From assembly GCF_044704955.1 (NCBI RefSeq), contig NC_091999.1, positions 34,844,001-34,908,000 of the forward strand: a stretch of DNA of 64,000 nucleotides. The letters are read 5' to 3'. This stretch comes from Pristiophorus japonicus (lineage: Eukaryota). A program made the translations under genes and the position numbers. Shown here piece by piece: positions 25,401 through 37,226 of this stretch; positions within the stretch are counted from its first letter, which is position 1, and every line of letters begins with the position of its first letter. The notes beneath the pieces are model-generated. The model did no database searches, was not told where the DNA came from, and worked only from the letters and a program-made list of their open reading frames with translations.

Positions 25401-26299
25401 CCCCCTCGCGTACTCTTGATAGAAGACGCGGACGTGAGCCTTGCCCACGTCCCACCATAGCCTCAAGGAGGGGACGCCCCCCTGCTTCCTTCTCCAGTCG
25501 GCCCAGAAACGACGGAACGAGTCCTGGAACCGCACGTCCTCCAGCAGCTGGTTGTTAAAATGCCAGTACGCGGACCCCATCCTCGCGCGGAGCGAAGCGA
25601 GCTCTGCCCGCAGCAGGTGGTGGTCTAAACAGGGTACCTGCCGCATGGAGGCCGCCGGGACGCAGGAAACGTACGCCCGAGACAGTTAAAGGCGGTCGAC
25701 TGTGGACCATCCAACTCCAGGCCTCACCCAAGTAAAGGCGCTGGAGTCTGGGTGGAGATTTCGCCAGACGTCCACCAAGTCGAAGGACCCGACCAGGTCC
25801 CACAACTTCTCCATCGCCGTCATGCTCTGCGGGGCACCGGAGGGGTCCCTGGCCTCGAGGGTGCAGTTAAAATCCCCCCCGAGGACAATGCAGTCGCCGA
25901 CGTCGACGGAGCCAAGAAGAGCGGACACCTCTTCGAAGAAGCGCGTTTGCTGCGGGCCGGGTTGAGGGTCGTACACGTTCACGAGGTGGAGCGGCACGCC
26001 CCCAGGCGAACCGTTCCGTGCAGCAAGCGGCCTGGCACGGGCTCCTCGACCCCCAAGATCTCCGGCTGAAAATGCGTGGCCAGCAAGATGGCCACCCCAC
26101 TAGAAGTGGCAGTGAGGTGGCTCATGCGGACCTCTCCTTGCCATTCCAGGAGCCACGTGGCTTCGTCTCCCGGAACGGTGTGGGTTTCTTGCAGGAAGCA
26201 CGCTGCATATTTCCCCTCCTGCAGGAGCGAAAAATTGTTAAATCTACGTCGTGCCTCTCTGCTGCCGTTGATGTTGAGGCTGGCTATGGTTATCTTCAT
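22411..26299 (-). pseudogene. Tx1 ORF2 (APE endonuclease, RT, zinc finger), disrupted
   Basis: MKITIASLNINGS..FLQETH, IVLGGDFNC, WRPVSLLSTDYKI, GVRQGCPMS, SAYADDV and CNFCGLEESVFHVFIEC, with several frameshifts and stops. Confidence 0.88.
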
Positions 26300-28405
26300 A
26301 ACCTATTGTGGGGGGTGGGAGTGGAGTCGTTTGTTGACCTCCACTCCTTCAGCAGCCCAGTGAGGAACCTTTTGAGCCGGCGCAGCTCAAGGCCTTGCGC
26401 CTTTGATAAGGGCCCGCCCACGGCCATGGTTTTAGCAGCGGCGCGGACGGAAGCGATGAGCAGCCCCGGCTCAGACCATCTTTCCCGGGCCAGATGGGTT
26501 CGGTTGCGGCGACCCTGGCGCTGGACCAAAAAGTCCCGGAGTTCCTCGACGGGAATGAGGGGGGATTCAGCGGCGGTCACGAGGAGATCTACCGCCTCAC
26601 TGGCGATGGACTCGAGATCTTCACCCGCGTCCTCCACCGAGTCCCCTTCCTCCTCCGGGAGGTCGCCGCTAGCAGCCGGCTCGTCGACCGCACGAGGTAT
26701 GGCAAACGGCCCGGCCGCTCCATCTGGCCCTGGCTCTGCCCCAATCCCACCCCAGGATCGTCGGCAGAGGAGTCCCCACTGAGCTCTTTTAAAATTGGTA
26801 CTGGGTCGGGAAGCAACAGCGGAAGGGTTTCCTCCTCCGCCCCAGGAACCGCGGAACACGGAGAGACTTGGTCAAAGTAATGTTCCAGGTCCTCCAAGTA
26901 CCCCAGCTCCAAAGTAGGTGGCGAAGGTTGTTGTTCTTCCCCCTCCCCGCCGCCACCCCCCGGCCCAGCGTGTACAGAATCGTTAAAATGAATCCATTTT
27001 CAGTTTCTTCCGGGCCGAGCGACTCTAGGGGGCAGATAATTAATAGCTGGGCGGGCTCAGGTTCGGCCTGTTCGGCCCGCCTGCCTCAGTCCCGGGGACG
27101 CTCGACCCGGCGGCTACGCATTCCACCGCTGGCCCCACGCCCCCCTCGTCAGGCAGATCATTCACACCATCCCCGGGAGGCAGAGGCCGGGCAGCCTCGA
27201 CTGCCTCACCCTCCCCGGGGACAGATTCCTCACGCCTGCAGCGCAATTTGGGGGCGCTGGTGGGGGACGCGGGACACGCGGCGGGCACCGACTCCTCCAC
27301 GGAGGGATGTTGTTCCCCCTCCGCCTCATTGGAGCGGCGCCTCCTTTTGTTCCTGGGAGGGCGTGGAGGCAGGGAGACCTCCATGTCTGCCGAGGCCTCC
27401 CGCTCCACCCCCCCCTTTTTCTTTTCTTGCCCGCGCCCGAGCGCCTCTGTGATACTGGTTAAGGGCTCAGGCACGGGCTCAGGGCACCCCGCGCTCGCCG
27501 GTGACGGGGTTGGCCCGAGCGCGGTAAACAGATTGTCTGGCGCACTGAGGGGTCCCGCCTCTAGATGTTTCGCCTTCTTCCGTGCCTTCTTTCCGGTCGG
27601 ACGCTGTCCCCCCCCCCCCACCGCCGGAGGCCGTGAAAACAATGGCCTCCGACGATGCCCGCGCACCTACGGCTCCCGGCACGTGGACGCTACTAGGGGG
27701 AGGGGTGGCGGCGGCGCCAGCCTTGGCCACCCTCGGTGGTTTGGCGGCTTTGGAGGCGGGGCAGTTCTTGCGAACGTGCCCCACATCACTGCAGGCATGG
27801 CACCGCAAGCCGTTCGACGTCCAGAAGACGTGGTAGGCAGTCCAATCGTGCACCACATTGAAATTGCTCTCCGTCGTCTCCTCCCGCGCCAGCCGGACAA
27901 AGAGCTGGCGGCGGAAGGAGAACACATGGCGCAGGCTGTTCTCCCTGAGGCCGAGCGGTATGGGGTTGATCCCCGACCTTACCTCCCCCAGTTGGTGTAG
28001 ATGAGGGAGGAGGAGCTCAGCGGGATCAAAGGGCGGGACGTTTGAAATGATGACCCTCTGCGCGGTGGCCTCGAGAGGGTCCACCGGCAGGAACACCCCG
28101 CCCACCATGAGCCCCTTTTCAATGGCCAGGGACATCGCCCGCTCTGACCCCAGGAAGAACACGGCCTTCCCAGACATCTTGGAGACTTCGACAATGGCCG
28201 AGGGGCCGACTACCCCAGCCATCGCCCGCACGCACTCCTCAATGCTCATTGCGGGTTTAGTGTAGCCCTTGACCCCGTGTTTTTTAGTTATCAGTCTGAA
28301 TGGTGGCAGGGCAGCAGGAGGCGAAGGAGGTGCCGTGGATGTGGATGCCACCTGCGCATAAGTCCTAGCTGGCCCTGCCACCGGCGTGGATGGGGTCGCC
28401 ATCAC
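26296..28405 (-). pseudogene. Tx1 ORF1 (nucleic-acid binding, zinc knuckle), frameshifted
   Basis: RVIISNVPPF..LRHVFSFRRQLFV..CHACSDVGHVRKNC. It is split across ORFs 27479-28405, 27040-27666, 26589-26912 and 26296-26859, and its stop overlaps the ORF2 start (ATGA). Confidence 0.8.
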
Positions 28406-29346
28406 GGGGTCCCTTTCAGGGCTACACCCACCCCAAAGTCACATGCCTTAATTGTCTTAAGTGGCCTCGTTTAAATATTTAACAGCGGGAGCTCTGAAAG
28501 AGGCACTCCTCTCCCCTAGTTGGCATTTGGGGAGGGGCCTTGCTCCCTCTGCTCAGTTGTCTAAATTGTTCTTGTCTTTTTTTTTTCCAATTGGGAGGAA
28601 GGGCTCTCAGAGAGAGAGGGGAGAGACAGAGAGAGAGATAGAGTGAGGGGTTGTGGGAAAGAGGGAGGCTGCAAGGGCAGATGTCCCCTCACAGTAATGG
28701 GTGGGTGCACTCCCCAGATGGCAAACAAAACAGTCTTTGGGGTTGACTTCGGGTGGGGCAGAAGATGTCTTCACCTGGAGCAGCTGGAGCCACACATGTA
28801 CACACTCCCAACGATGTTAATTAGGGTGATTTAGTTTCTTCAGCCTGGTAGCTCCAGCTATCCCAGGCTAGGCAATGGGGGAGGGGTGCTTCAGTGGTGT
28901 GTGGGCCTAGCTGTAGTCAAGACCCCCACATACACTTCCACACACACACACACCCCCCGCGATGTTCTGGCCCTCGATTGGTCATCTTTCCTCCCCCCAC
29001 CGATGCAACAAAGTCTTTTTGGTGAATGCACCAAAACACACCCACCTTTGGCTGAAGAAGTCTTTCCCTCCTTCCACATTGGCAAGTTGTTGTTCTTTTT
29101 CCCCCCTCTCTCCAAATCTTTGTTGAAATAATGAAGGTGTTGCAGTCTTCTGCTCTCCTCCTCTCACTCTAGATGAATGGTAATGAAGCCCCTTCCTTCC
29201 TCCACTTCCTGGGCTGGTCTCAGGGCTCACTCCAGGCCTTCCAGACGGGAGCTAAAGCAGGGAGTTCCTTCTCTCACAGCAGCCAGGCTCCAAGTGCATA
29301 GGCCACGCCTCCAAAGCTCCACCATTGGTCCTTGTGCATGAAACTC

Positions 29347-29534
29347 TTTTTGGGAGTAAACAAAAAACATTAAACCGTAACCTCCCCCCCGATCTGGGGG
29401 AAACACCACACATTTACAGGCCCTTTTATTTTTTTGTGGTATTTTTTGGGGGGGTTTTTTGGGCACAGAAACATATTTTTTTCCAAGTGCTCCCTATAAA
29501 AGGGGAGGGGGACACTAAAAGCACCGGCAATTAA
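29347..29534 (-). mobile_element. Second, 5'-truncated Tx1 copy (3' UTR only)
   Basis: Similar but not identical to 22235-22386 (..ccgatctgggggaaacacca..cctataaaaggggagggggacactaaaagcaccggcaatt). Confidence 0.85.
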
Positions 29535-30220
29535 TGTTAGTTTGCAGGTGCAACAGGTAATCAGGAAGGCGAATGGAATGTTGACCTTCATTGCCAGAGA
29601 GATGGAGTACAAAAGCAGGGAGGTCCTTCTGCAACTGTATAGGGTATTGGTGAGGCCGCACCTGGAGTACTGCGTGCAGTTTTGGTCACCTTACTTAAGG
29701 AAGGATATACTAGCTTTGGAGGGGGTACAGAGACGATTCACGAGGCTGATTCAGGAGATGAGAGGGTTACCTTATGATGCTGGACTGAGTAGACTGGGTC
29801 TTTACTCGTTGAAATTCAGAAGGATGAGGGGTGATCGATAGAAACATTTAAAACAATGAAAGGCATAGACAAAATAGAGGCAGAGAGGTTGTTTCCACTG
29901 GTCGGGGGAGACTAGAACTAGGGGGCCCAGCCTCAAAATACGGGGGAGCCAATTTAAAACTCAGTTGAGAAGGAATTTCTTCTCCCACAGAGTGGAATTT
30001 ACTGCAAAGGGGAGGAATTGAGGATAGCTCATTGAATGTATTCAATTCACAGAAAGATAGATTTTTAACCAATAAGGGAATTAAGGGTTATGGGGAGCGG
30101 GCGGGTAAGTGGAGCTGAGTCCACGGCCAGATCAGCCATGATCTTGTTGAATGGCGGAGCAGGCTCGAGATGCAAGATGCCCTACTTCTGTTACTAATTC
30201 TTATGTTCTTATGTTCTTAT

Positions 30221-30583
30221 GAAGGTGTCCATCAGAACAAGGGAAATGCTTTACCACTGGATTTATTGACGGTTCTGTTGGTGATTATCAATGGGATCGC
30301 TTCATGTCCCACCACACAGGAGTGAGAGGCGCCGCTGGCCCACTCCTCGGCTGCAATGGATACCAGGCTGTACATGAAGAAGGAGCTGCTGCCGTTCTCC
30401 GCCATCACCTCGGTGTTCATGGAGTTGCCGGAATCCACGGGCTTGTCATTGACGGTCCATTTGATGAAGATCTATCGGGGGGAGAACCTCTCACTAAGCA
30501 GGTGAGGCTGACCAACATCTGAGCAGAGACTTCTTCTGCTGAGGGCAGGAGGACAGACACGGCCGGTTCCCGCGGATCTTTCG
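30221..30583 (-). pseudogene. IGHM: IgM Cmu4 exon plus start of the secretory tail
   Basis: Acceptor ctacag, then [33 protein letters not shown] [1-bp deletion/stop] [40 protein letters not shown]. Cryptic TM donor G|GTAAA at 30254. The tail has an internal deletion (ISLVLMDTF out of frame). Confidence 0.92.
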
Positions 30584-31502
30584 CTGTAGAACAGTTACAA
30601 CAAAGGCCAATGAACTGGTTAGTTCCAGAGACAATGGGGGAAATTCAACCCAATACAGCGGGCGGGTTTTGGGCGTGGTGGTTGTTAAATTGGTAAAAAT
30701 TAGAATCCCTACCTCAACTCGCTCACTTCCGGTTGTAATATTATATTTCAGTAATATATTTAAATGAGACTTGAATCCTCTATTTTAACCACCATTTGGT
30801 GTTTAACAGTCGCTGGTCCGGTTGGACACACTTTGTAAATCTCAGCAGTTACAGCAAGGTGGAGATTGCTGCTCCCAGGTGGTAATTGCCCTTACACCTA
30901 CCTCCTGAATCCAGGGTCCCTGCCTAACCCACCCCCCGCGATCCGCGACCTCCTCACTCGGCTTCCAATCCTCCCGTTTTCACTGGTGGCCTGTGAGACC
31001 AACGCCCACAACTCGCCTTCCTCATTTAAATTCAGCCAATTTCCGGTGGTTAGATGTGAGAGAAATGGACACTGCGTTTAATTTTTTACGCTTTTCCTTT
31101 TCCCCTCTGTTGCCTCTCTGGTTTTCCATCCCTTATCCGAGGGAACGTAATCTTTCTCTCTGAAATCTTGAAGCATTGGACTGGAAAATGACAAAGAATT
31201 TAATGCACAGAATGATGAGATTTGGCTAACTGGTCTATGCCGGTGTTTATGATCCACACAAGCCTCCTCCGAGCCCACTTCATCTAAACCTAATAATATA
31301 CCCTTCTATTTCTTTCTCGCTCATGGACTTATCCAGTTTCCCCTAAAATACATAATGTCAGGTCCCAGAGTGCTGAGTTGGTGGATTTACCAACCTGAAT
31401 GATCAGAGTAGCCATTAAACACTTTATATAATCAATTGGCCCTTGAACATGCACTGGAAATAGTCACAGTATCTCAATTATTGCAACAATTTCCCCGCTC
31501 AC

Positions 31503-31757
31503 CCTTTTCCTTGTGGATGGAATCTCTGAGAGGAGTCGACATATCCTGATGGCTCACCACGCAGTAGAACCTATCCCCACTCAGCCAGTCTTGTGTCGAG
31601 ATGTTTAAGTTGCTGATCACACTGTTGGGATCCTCTCCGGGTTGGACGGCAATCTCTGATTTCAAAGTCTCGTTTTTTCGGGTCCAGGTCACGGTGAGCC
31701 CGTAAGGAACGTCAGACACGACGTACGTTAAGGTCACCGTGGCCTCCAGTAAAACCT
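31503..31757 (-). pseudogene. IGHM: IgM Cmu3 exon, 3' part
   Basis: [14 protein letters not shown] (Cys>Tyr)..[23 protein letters not shown], followed by a GTGAG donor at 31502. Confidence 0.9.
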
Positions 31758-34101
31758 TAATTAGCAATCTCATTGTGCGAGGCCCCTTGGGGAAGAGTGA
31801 CCATAATATGGTGGAATTCTGCATTAGGATGGAGAATGAAACAGTAATTTCAGAGACCATGGTCCAGAACTTAAAGAAGGGTAACTTTGAAGGTATGAGG
31901 CGTGAATTGGCTAGGATAGATTGGCGAATGATACTTAGGGGGTTGACTGTGGATGGGCAATGGCAGACATTTAGAGACCGCATGGATGAAGTACAACAAT
32001 TGTACATTCCTGTCTGGCGTAAAAATAAAAAGGGGAAGGTGGCTCAACCGTGGCTATCTAGGGAAATCAGGGATAGTATTAAAGCCAAGGAAGTGGCATA
32101 CAAATTGGCCAGAAATATCAGCGAACCTGGGGACTGGGAGAAATTTAGAACTCAGCAGAGGAGGACAAAGGGTTTGATTTGGACAGGGAAAATGGAGTAC
32201 GAGAAGAAGCTTGCAGGGAACATTAAGGCGGATTGCAAAAGTTTCTATAGGAATGTAAAGAGAAAAAGGTTGGTGAAGACAAACGTAGGTCCCCTGCAGT
32301 CAGAATCAGGGGAAGTCATAACGGGGAACAAAGAAATGGCGGATCAATTGAACAAGTACTTTGGTTCGGTATTCACTAAGGAGGATACAAACAACCTTCC
32401 GGATATAAAAGGGGTCAGAGGGTCTAGTAAGGAAGAGGAACTGAGGGAAATCTTTATTAGTCGGGAAATTGTGTTGGGGAAATTGATGGGATTGAAGGCA
32501 GATAAATCCCCAGGGCCTGATGGCCTGCATCCTAGAGTACTTAAGGAGGTGGCCTTGGAAATAGCGGATGCATTGACAGTCATTTTCCAACATTCCATTG
32601 ACTCTGGATCAGTTCCTATGGAGTGGAGGGTAGCCAATGTAACCCCACTTTTTAAAAAAGGAGGGAGAGAGAAAACAGGGAATTATAGACCGGTCAGCCT
32701 GACCTCAGTAGTGGGTAAAATGATGGAATCAATTATTAAGGATGTCATAGCAGTGCATCTGGAAAATGGTGACATGATAGGTCCAAGTCAGCATGGATTT
32801 GTGAAAGGGAAATCATGCTTGACAAATCTTCTGGAATTTTTTGAGGATGTTTCCAGTAAAGTGGACAAAGGAGAACCAGTTGATGTGGTATATTTGGACT
32901 TTCAGAAGGCTTTCGACAAGGTCCCACACAAGAGATTAATGTGCAAAGTTAAAGCACATGGGATTGGGGGTAGTGTGCTGACGTGGATTGAGAACTGGTT
33001 GTCAGACAGGAAGCAAAGAGTAGGAGTAAACGGGTACTTTTCAGAATGGCAGGCAGTGACTAGTGGAGTGCCGCAAGGTTCTGTGCTGGGGCCCCAGCTG
33101 TTTACATTGTACATTAATGATTTAGACGAGGGGATTAAATGCAGTATCTCCAAATTTGCGGATGATACTAAGTTGGGTGGCAGTGTGAGCTGCGAGGAGG
33201 ATGCTATTAGGCTGCAGAGTGACTTGGATAGGTTAGGTGAGTGGGCAAATGCATGGCAGATGAAGTATAATGTGGATAAATGTGAGGTTATCCACTTTGG
33301 TGGTAAAAACAGAGAGACAGACTATTATCTGAATGGTGACAGATTAGGAAAAGGGAAGGTGCAACGAGACCTGGGTGTCATGGTACATCAGTCATTGAAG
33401 GTTGGCATGCAGGTACAGCAGGCGGTTAAGAAAGCAAATGGCATGTTGGCCTTCATAGCGAGGGGATTTGAATACAGGGGCAGGGAGGTGTTGCTACAGT
33501 TGTACAGGGCCTTGGTGAGGCCACACCTGGAGTATTGTGTACAGTTTTGGTCTCCTAACTTGAGGAAGGACTTTCTTGCTATTGAGGGAGTGCAGCGAAG
33601 GTTCACCAGACTGATTCCCGGGATGGCGGGACTGACCTATCAAGAAAGATTGGATCAATTGGGCTTGTATTCACTGGAGTTCAGAAGAATGAGAGGGGAC
33701 CTCATAGAAACGTTTAAAATTCTGACGGGTTTAGACAGGTTAGATGCAGAAAGAATGTTCCCAATGTTGGGGAAGTCCAGAACCAGGGGTCACAGTCTGA
33801 GGATAAGGGGTAAGCCATTTAGGACCGAGATGAGGAGAAACCTCTTCACCCAGAGAGTGGTGAGCCTGTGGAATTCTCTACCACAGAAAGTAGTTGAGGC
33901 CAATTCACTAAATATATTCAAAAGGGAGTTAGATGAAGTCCTTACTACTCGGGGGATCAAGGGTTATGGCGAGAAAGCAGGAAGGGGGTACTGAAGTTTC
34001 ATGTTCAGCCATGAACTCATTGAATGGCGGTGCAGGCTAGAAGGGCTGAATGGCCTGCTCCTGCACCTATTTTCTATGTTTCTATTTTCTATGTTTCTAT
34101 G
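31758..34101 (+). mobile_element. 5'-truncated CR1 LINE with an uninterrupted RT frame, inserted in Cmu3
   Basis: ORF 31739-33994 (751 aa) is CR1 ORF2 from the end of the endonuclease (SDHN) through RT (FADDTK) to the stop. 3' tail (TTTCTATG)n. Confidence 0.95.
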
Positions 34102-34147
34102 TGACGGTGGGCGAAGAGTGATTTTTAATCGCTGCATGGGACATCCA
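34102..34147 (-). pseudogene. IGHM: IgM Cmu3 exon, 5' part
   Basis: Acceptor tcctgtttcgcag, then VDVPCSD [1-bp deletion] KITLRPPS, abutting the CR1 tail. Confidence 0.8.
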
Positions 34148-34849
34148 CTGCGAAACAGGAATGAAAGTCAGGAAAAGCCGCATCTTCAGAATCAGGACAC
34201 CAATAATTAGCCTTAACTCTTTCAAGGGGAATAACTCACTTTTGAGATATCAACCTCTCGCTATTGCTTGAACACTTTCGTTATGGAAGGCAATGAATTG
34301 GCAACGATTCTGGGAGGTCTGTAATATTTCCTGTGTATTTGAGCCAGAGCCACCTGTAATGGGCTGTGAAGCAAATACCTGGCCTAAAATGGGAATACAT
34401 TGGGACACAATTGTGATAGGCACTGAATGGCGCTCTCCCTGCAATCCCTTGCTCCTTTACGCCCGTCTATATATTCTTGCACCCAAACGTATCTCCACTG
34501 CGTATAATAGCTGATGCCCGAATATCCCCAAGTTCAAGAGGTCGACACCAGCATTATACTGGTTCAAAACCAGTTTCAAATTAATTGCAGGATTTATGGG
34601 ACAACAGGAAACAAAGTTAAGTTTCTAGTCTTTTGCTGCTATTTTTGTTGCGATGAAAATGTGCAGGAACCAGTCAGATCCCATCAGAGGAGAAGTGCAA
34701 TGTCCGGAGAATGGAGTTGCAAGGAATCTTTTGTGGTGGGGCATCATTTGTAATGATGTGAGGTAGTTTGTTAATATCTGTAATTGCTGAACATTTATCA
34801 TGTCTGGTGAGAGAGATTCAGAAAGCACTATGACCTCAGGGCATTAATA

Positions 34850-35370
34850 TCAACATAGGAATAGGAGAAGGCCATTCAGCCCATCCATCCTGTCCCGCCA
34901 TCCAGTTAGATCATGGCTGATCAACACTCAACACCATCTTCACGCCTTGGCTATGTAACCCATGACAACCTTGCCGAACAAAAATCTATCAATCTCAGTT
35001 TTCAACTTTTCAATAGAAAGCAAGTGTCAGCAGCTTTTGGGGAGGGAAATCCCGACTTGCACTATTCTTCATTTGAGAAATTCCTTTCTGACATCACCTG
35101 TGCACGGCCTAACTCTAATGTTAAGGTTCTGCTACTTGTTCTGGACTCTCCCATCAAACTAAATCAATGTTTCTATATCAACTCGATCAATTCCATTTAT
35201 CAACTTAAACACGTCAATTGGATCATCTCTTAACGTTCCATACTCGCCACCTGATCATTTTACATTATTAGCCCCGGTATAATTCGGGTAAACATGCAGT
35301 TTAGCACCTCCACGTATATCCTTTCTCAGGTGCAGAGCCTAGAATTGGACTCAGTACTCTGAATAGGGTA
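34850..35370 (-). mobile_element. Old CR1 3' fragment
   Basis: acataggaataggagaaggccattcagccc...gatcatggctgatc is a typical antisense CR1 3' end. Confidence 0.6.
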
Positions 35371-35539
35371 GATGCCCATTCTTGCAGTGGGTTCCTGGAC
35401 AGTTAGCAGTAAAGGATTCCAGACTCCTATTGCCGTTGCGTATATGATCAGCCAACTCAGGATATACCTTAGACTAAGGACACGTCACTCACTGCCTGAC
35501 ACCAGAGCAAGGGGAAAACTTCTTTGGCGAGGTTAATAA

Positions 35540-35985
35540 ATCCTGAGCAATGAGGAATCCTGAACCAGAAGATCGTGGGTTGAAGTCCCACTCCAAATAT
35601 TTGATCACAATATGTAAGCAGAGTCTCTCAGTGCAGTGCTGGGGGCGTGGTGCATTGTCGGAGGTGCCGTATTTCGGATCATGTGTTAAACCTAGAATCC
35701 ATCTAGCCTCTCAGGTGGAGGTAAAAGTTCCCCTGGAATTATTTCAATGAAAAGCAGAGGAGTTCTCCCTGGTGGCCTGTGAATATTAATCCCTCAAGAA
35801 ATAACACTAACAAAAAAAATGGTCGTTATCACACTGCTTTTTGTGGGAGCTTGCTGTGCACTAGGTGACTGCCGCACTTTGTACATTACAACTGTGACCA
35901 CATTTCACAACTTAATTCATTGCCTGGCAAGCGCTTTGGTTCAGTCTGTGGTCGCTGAAGGCGCTGTATAAAGTCAAAATTGTAT
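35540..35985 (+). mobile_element. Deu-domain SINE (SacSINE1-like)
   Basis: Recognised core gcattgtcggaggtgccgt.tttcggat..gttaaacc..ctctcaggtgga and L2-like tail tgtgggagcttgctgtgc..gcgctttgg..aaggcgctgtataaa. Confidence 0.65.
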
Positions 35986-36114
35986 CGCAAGAATACACAA
36001 ACTGCATGATTGGGAATTAGGAATATTCCTCTGCTTTCTACTAATTTCAATCAAAGTTGTGACTGAGATCAGCGCTCAGAATGGTCTGGAACCTCCCTGG
36101 ATTGTGCCTCTTAC

Positions 36115-36425
36115 CCTGAGATCTGCTGAAGTTACGGCTTTGTGTGCCCCCTTCATGAGTGACCTGGCAGGTGTAGACCGAGCCGGTGAACCATTCCCTG
36201 GCGGGGAGTGTCAGCCGACTGGCCGTCAAAACGTTTCCGTTCATCTCAAAGGCGGGAGAGGTGATGAAGCCCGAATCCAGGAGTTGTCCACTCTTCAGCC
36301 AATTCATGGTCAGTGACTTTGGCCTTAATTCGATGATTGAACACATGGCGCTTGCATATCTGCTGCTGATGATTTGTTCAGTGGAACATGGCAAGAGGAG
36401 AACAATTGGAGGAACAATGATCCGT
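36115..36425 (-). pseudogene. IGHM: IgM Cmu2 exon
   Basis: PPIVLL..SRYASAMCSII..NWLKSGQLLDSGFITSP..SRLTLPAREWFTGSVYTCQVTHEG..SRNFSRSQ, with a GTAAG donor at 36114. No phase-compatible AG acceptor is present; there is a short cgtgaacg duplication at the 5' edge. Confidence 0.92.
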
Positions 36426-36569
36426 TCACGACGTTCACGAGAAGGCATTTTATTGACATTGCTTGCAAAATAAATGATTAAGAAATGCAAAGTGTCCTTA
36501 TATTTTAACAAGTTCTTTGCTGTCAGATTCACACTAACCTGGCATTTGCAGAGAGCAAAATTGTGCACA

Positions 36570-36850
36570 GTATACTCAGTGTAATATGCAGACCAGAACT
36601 GTGCATAATATTCTAAGTGCGATATGGGGATCAGAACCATGCACAGTATTCTAAGTGTGATATGGAGACCAGAGCTGTGCATACTATTCTAAGTACGATA
36701 TGGAGACCAGAACTTTACACAGTATTCTAAGTATGAGATGGAAACCAGAATTGTAAACAATATTCTAAATGTGATAAGGAAACTAGAACTGTGCACAGTA
36801 TTCTAAGTATTATATGGAGACCAGAACTATGCACAGTACTCTAAGTGTTG
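36570..36850. repeat. 38-bp minisatellite derived from antisense CR1 sequence
   Basis: Unit ggagaccagaactgtgcacagtattctaagtgtgatat, the reverse complement of CR1 HLEYCVQFWSP coding sequence. Confidence 0.75.
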
Positions 36851-36926
36851 TCTAACCAAGTTTCTATACAAGTTCAACATAACTTCTCACCTCATCACAG
36901 ATTGCCCTGTATCCCACATCATTAAC

Positions 36927-37226
36927 CTGACATTGTGATGTTCCACACCGACACACCACGTCGAACCTCGCAGCAGATTGTGCTGCTCCCCACCTCGGAC
37001 TCGGTGATGGTTAACTGGCTGCTCAGGGTGCAGGTTCAAATCTTTTTGAGCAATGACGGGTAGGTCTTCAATCCAGTGGTGATCGGCTCTTTATCTTCCT
37101 TCCAGAAAAGGCTGATGATGTCAGGGGAGTAGTCCATCACCAAACAGCCCTACGTGATGGAGCCATCGGTGCTGGGTTGTTCACAGGAGGAGAGCAGGGC
37201 GCAGAGGGTGGGGGGAGACGGTGTTA
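36927..37226 (-). pseudogene. IGHM: IgM Cmu1 exon (two in-frame stops)
   Basis: 300 nt, phase 1-1: [67 protein letters not shown]. Stops at 37152-37150 and 37038-37036. Confidence 0.93.

Larger units (their letters stand above)
22235..29327 (-). mobile_element. Full-length Tx1-clade (L1-group) non-LTR retrotransposon, ~7.1 kb, with frameshifts
   Basis: ORF1 with a CCHC knuckle; ORF2 with APE, RT and C-terminal zinc finger; GC-rich; flanked by the duplicated 19-mer gtccttgtgcatgaaactc (22216-22234 and 29328-29346). Confidence 0.92.
21002..30220 (+). mobile_element. 5'-truncated CR1 LINE inserted in the IgM secretory tail, itself split by Tx1 (22235-29534)
   Basis: CR1 ORF2 motifs ([62 protein letters not shown]) on both sides of the Tx1, and a (TTCTTATG)n 3' tail at 30198-30220. 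Confidence 0.92.

Noticed and set aside
22900-28300. Many overlapping plus-strand ORFs in the GC-rich block
   Set aside because: They are antisense shadows of the GC-rich Tx1 ORFs.
22235-29534. Terminal direct repeats suggesting the Tx1 is an LTR or DIRS element
   Set aside because: The coding content is APE-RT non-LTR, the repeat is the 3' UTR, and a CR1-derived 19-mer separates the copies.
31474-32007. 177-aa ORF that looks like a novel Ig-domain fusion protein
   Set aside because: It is chance read-through from antisense CR1 into the broken Cmu3 exon.
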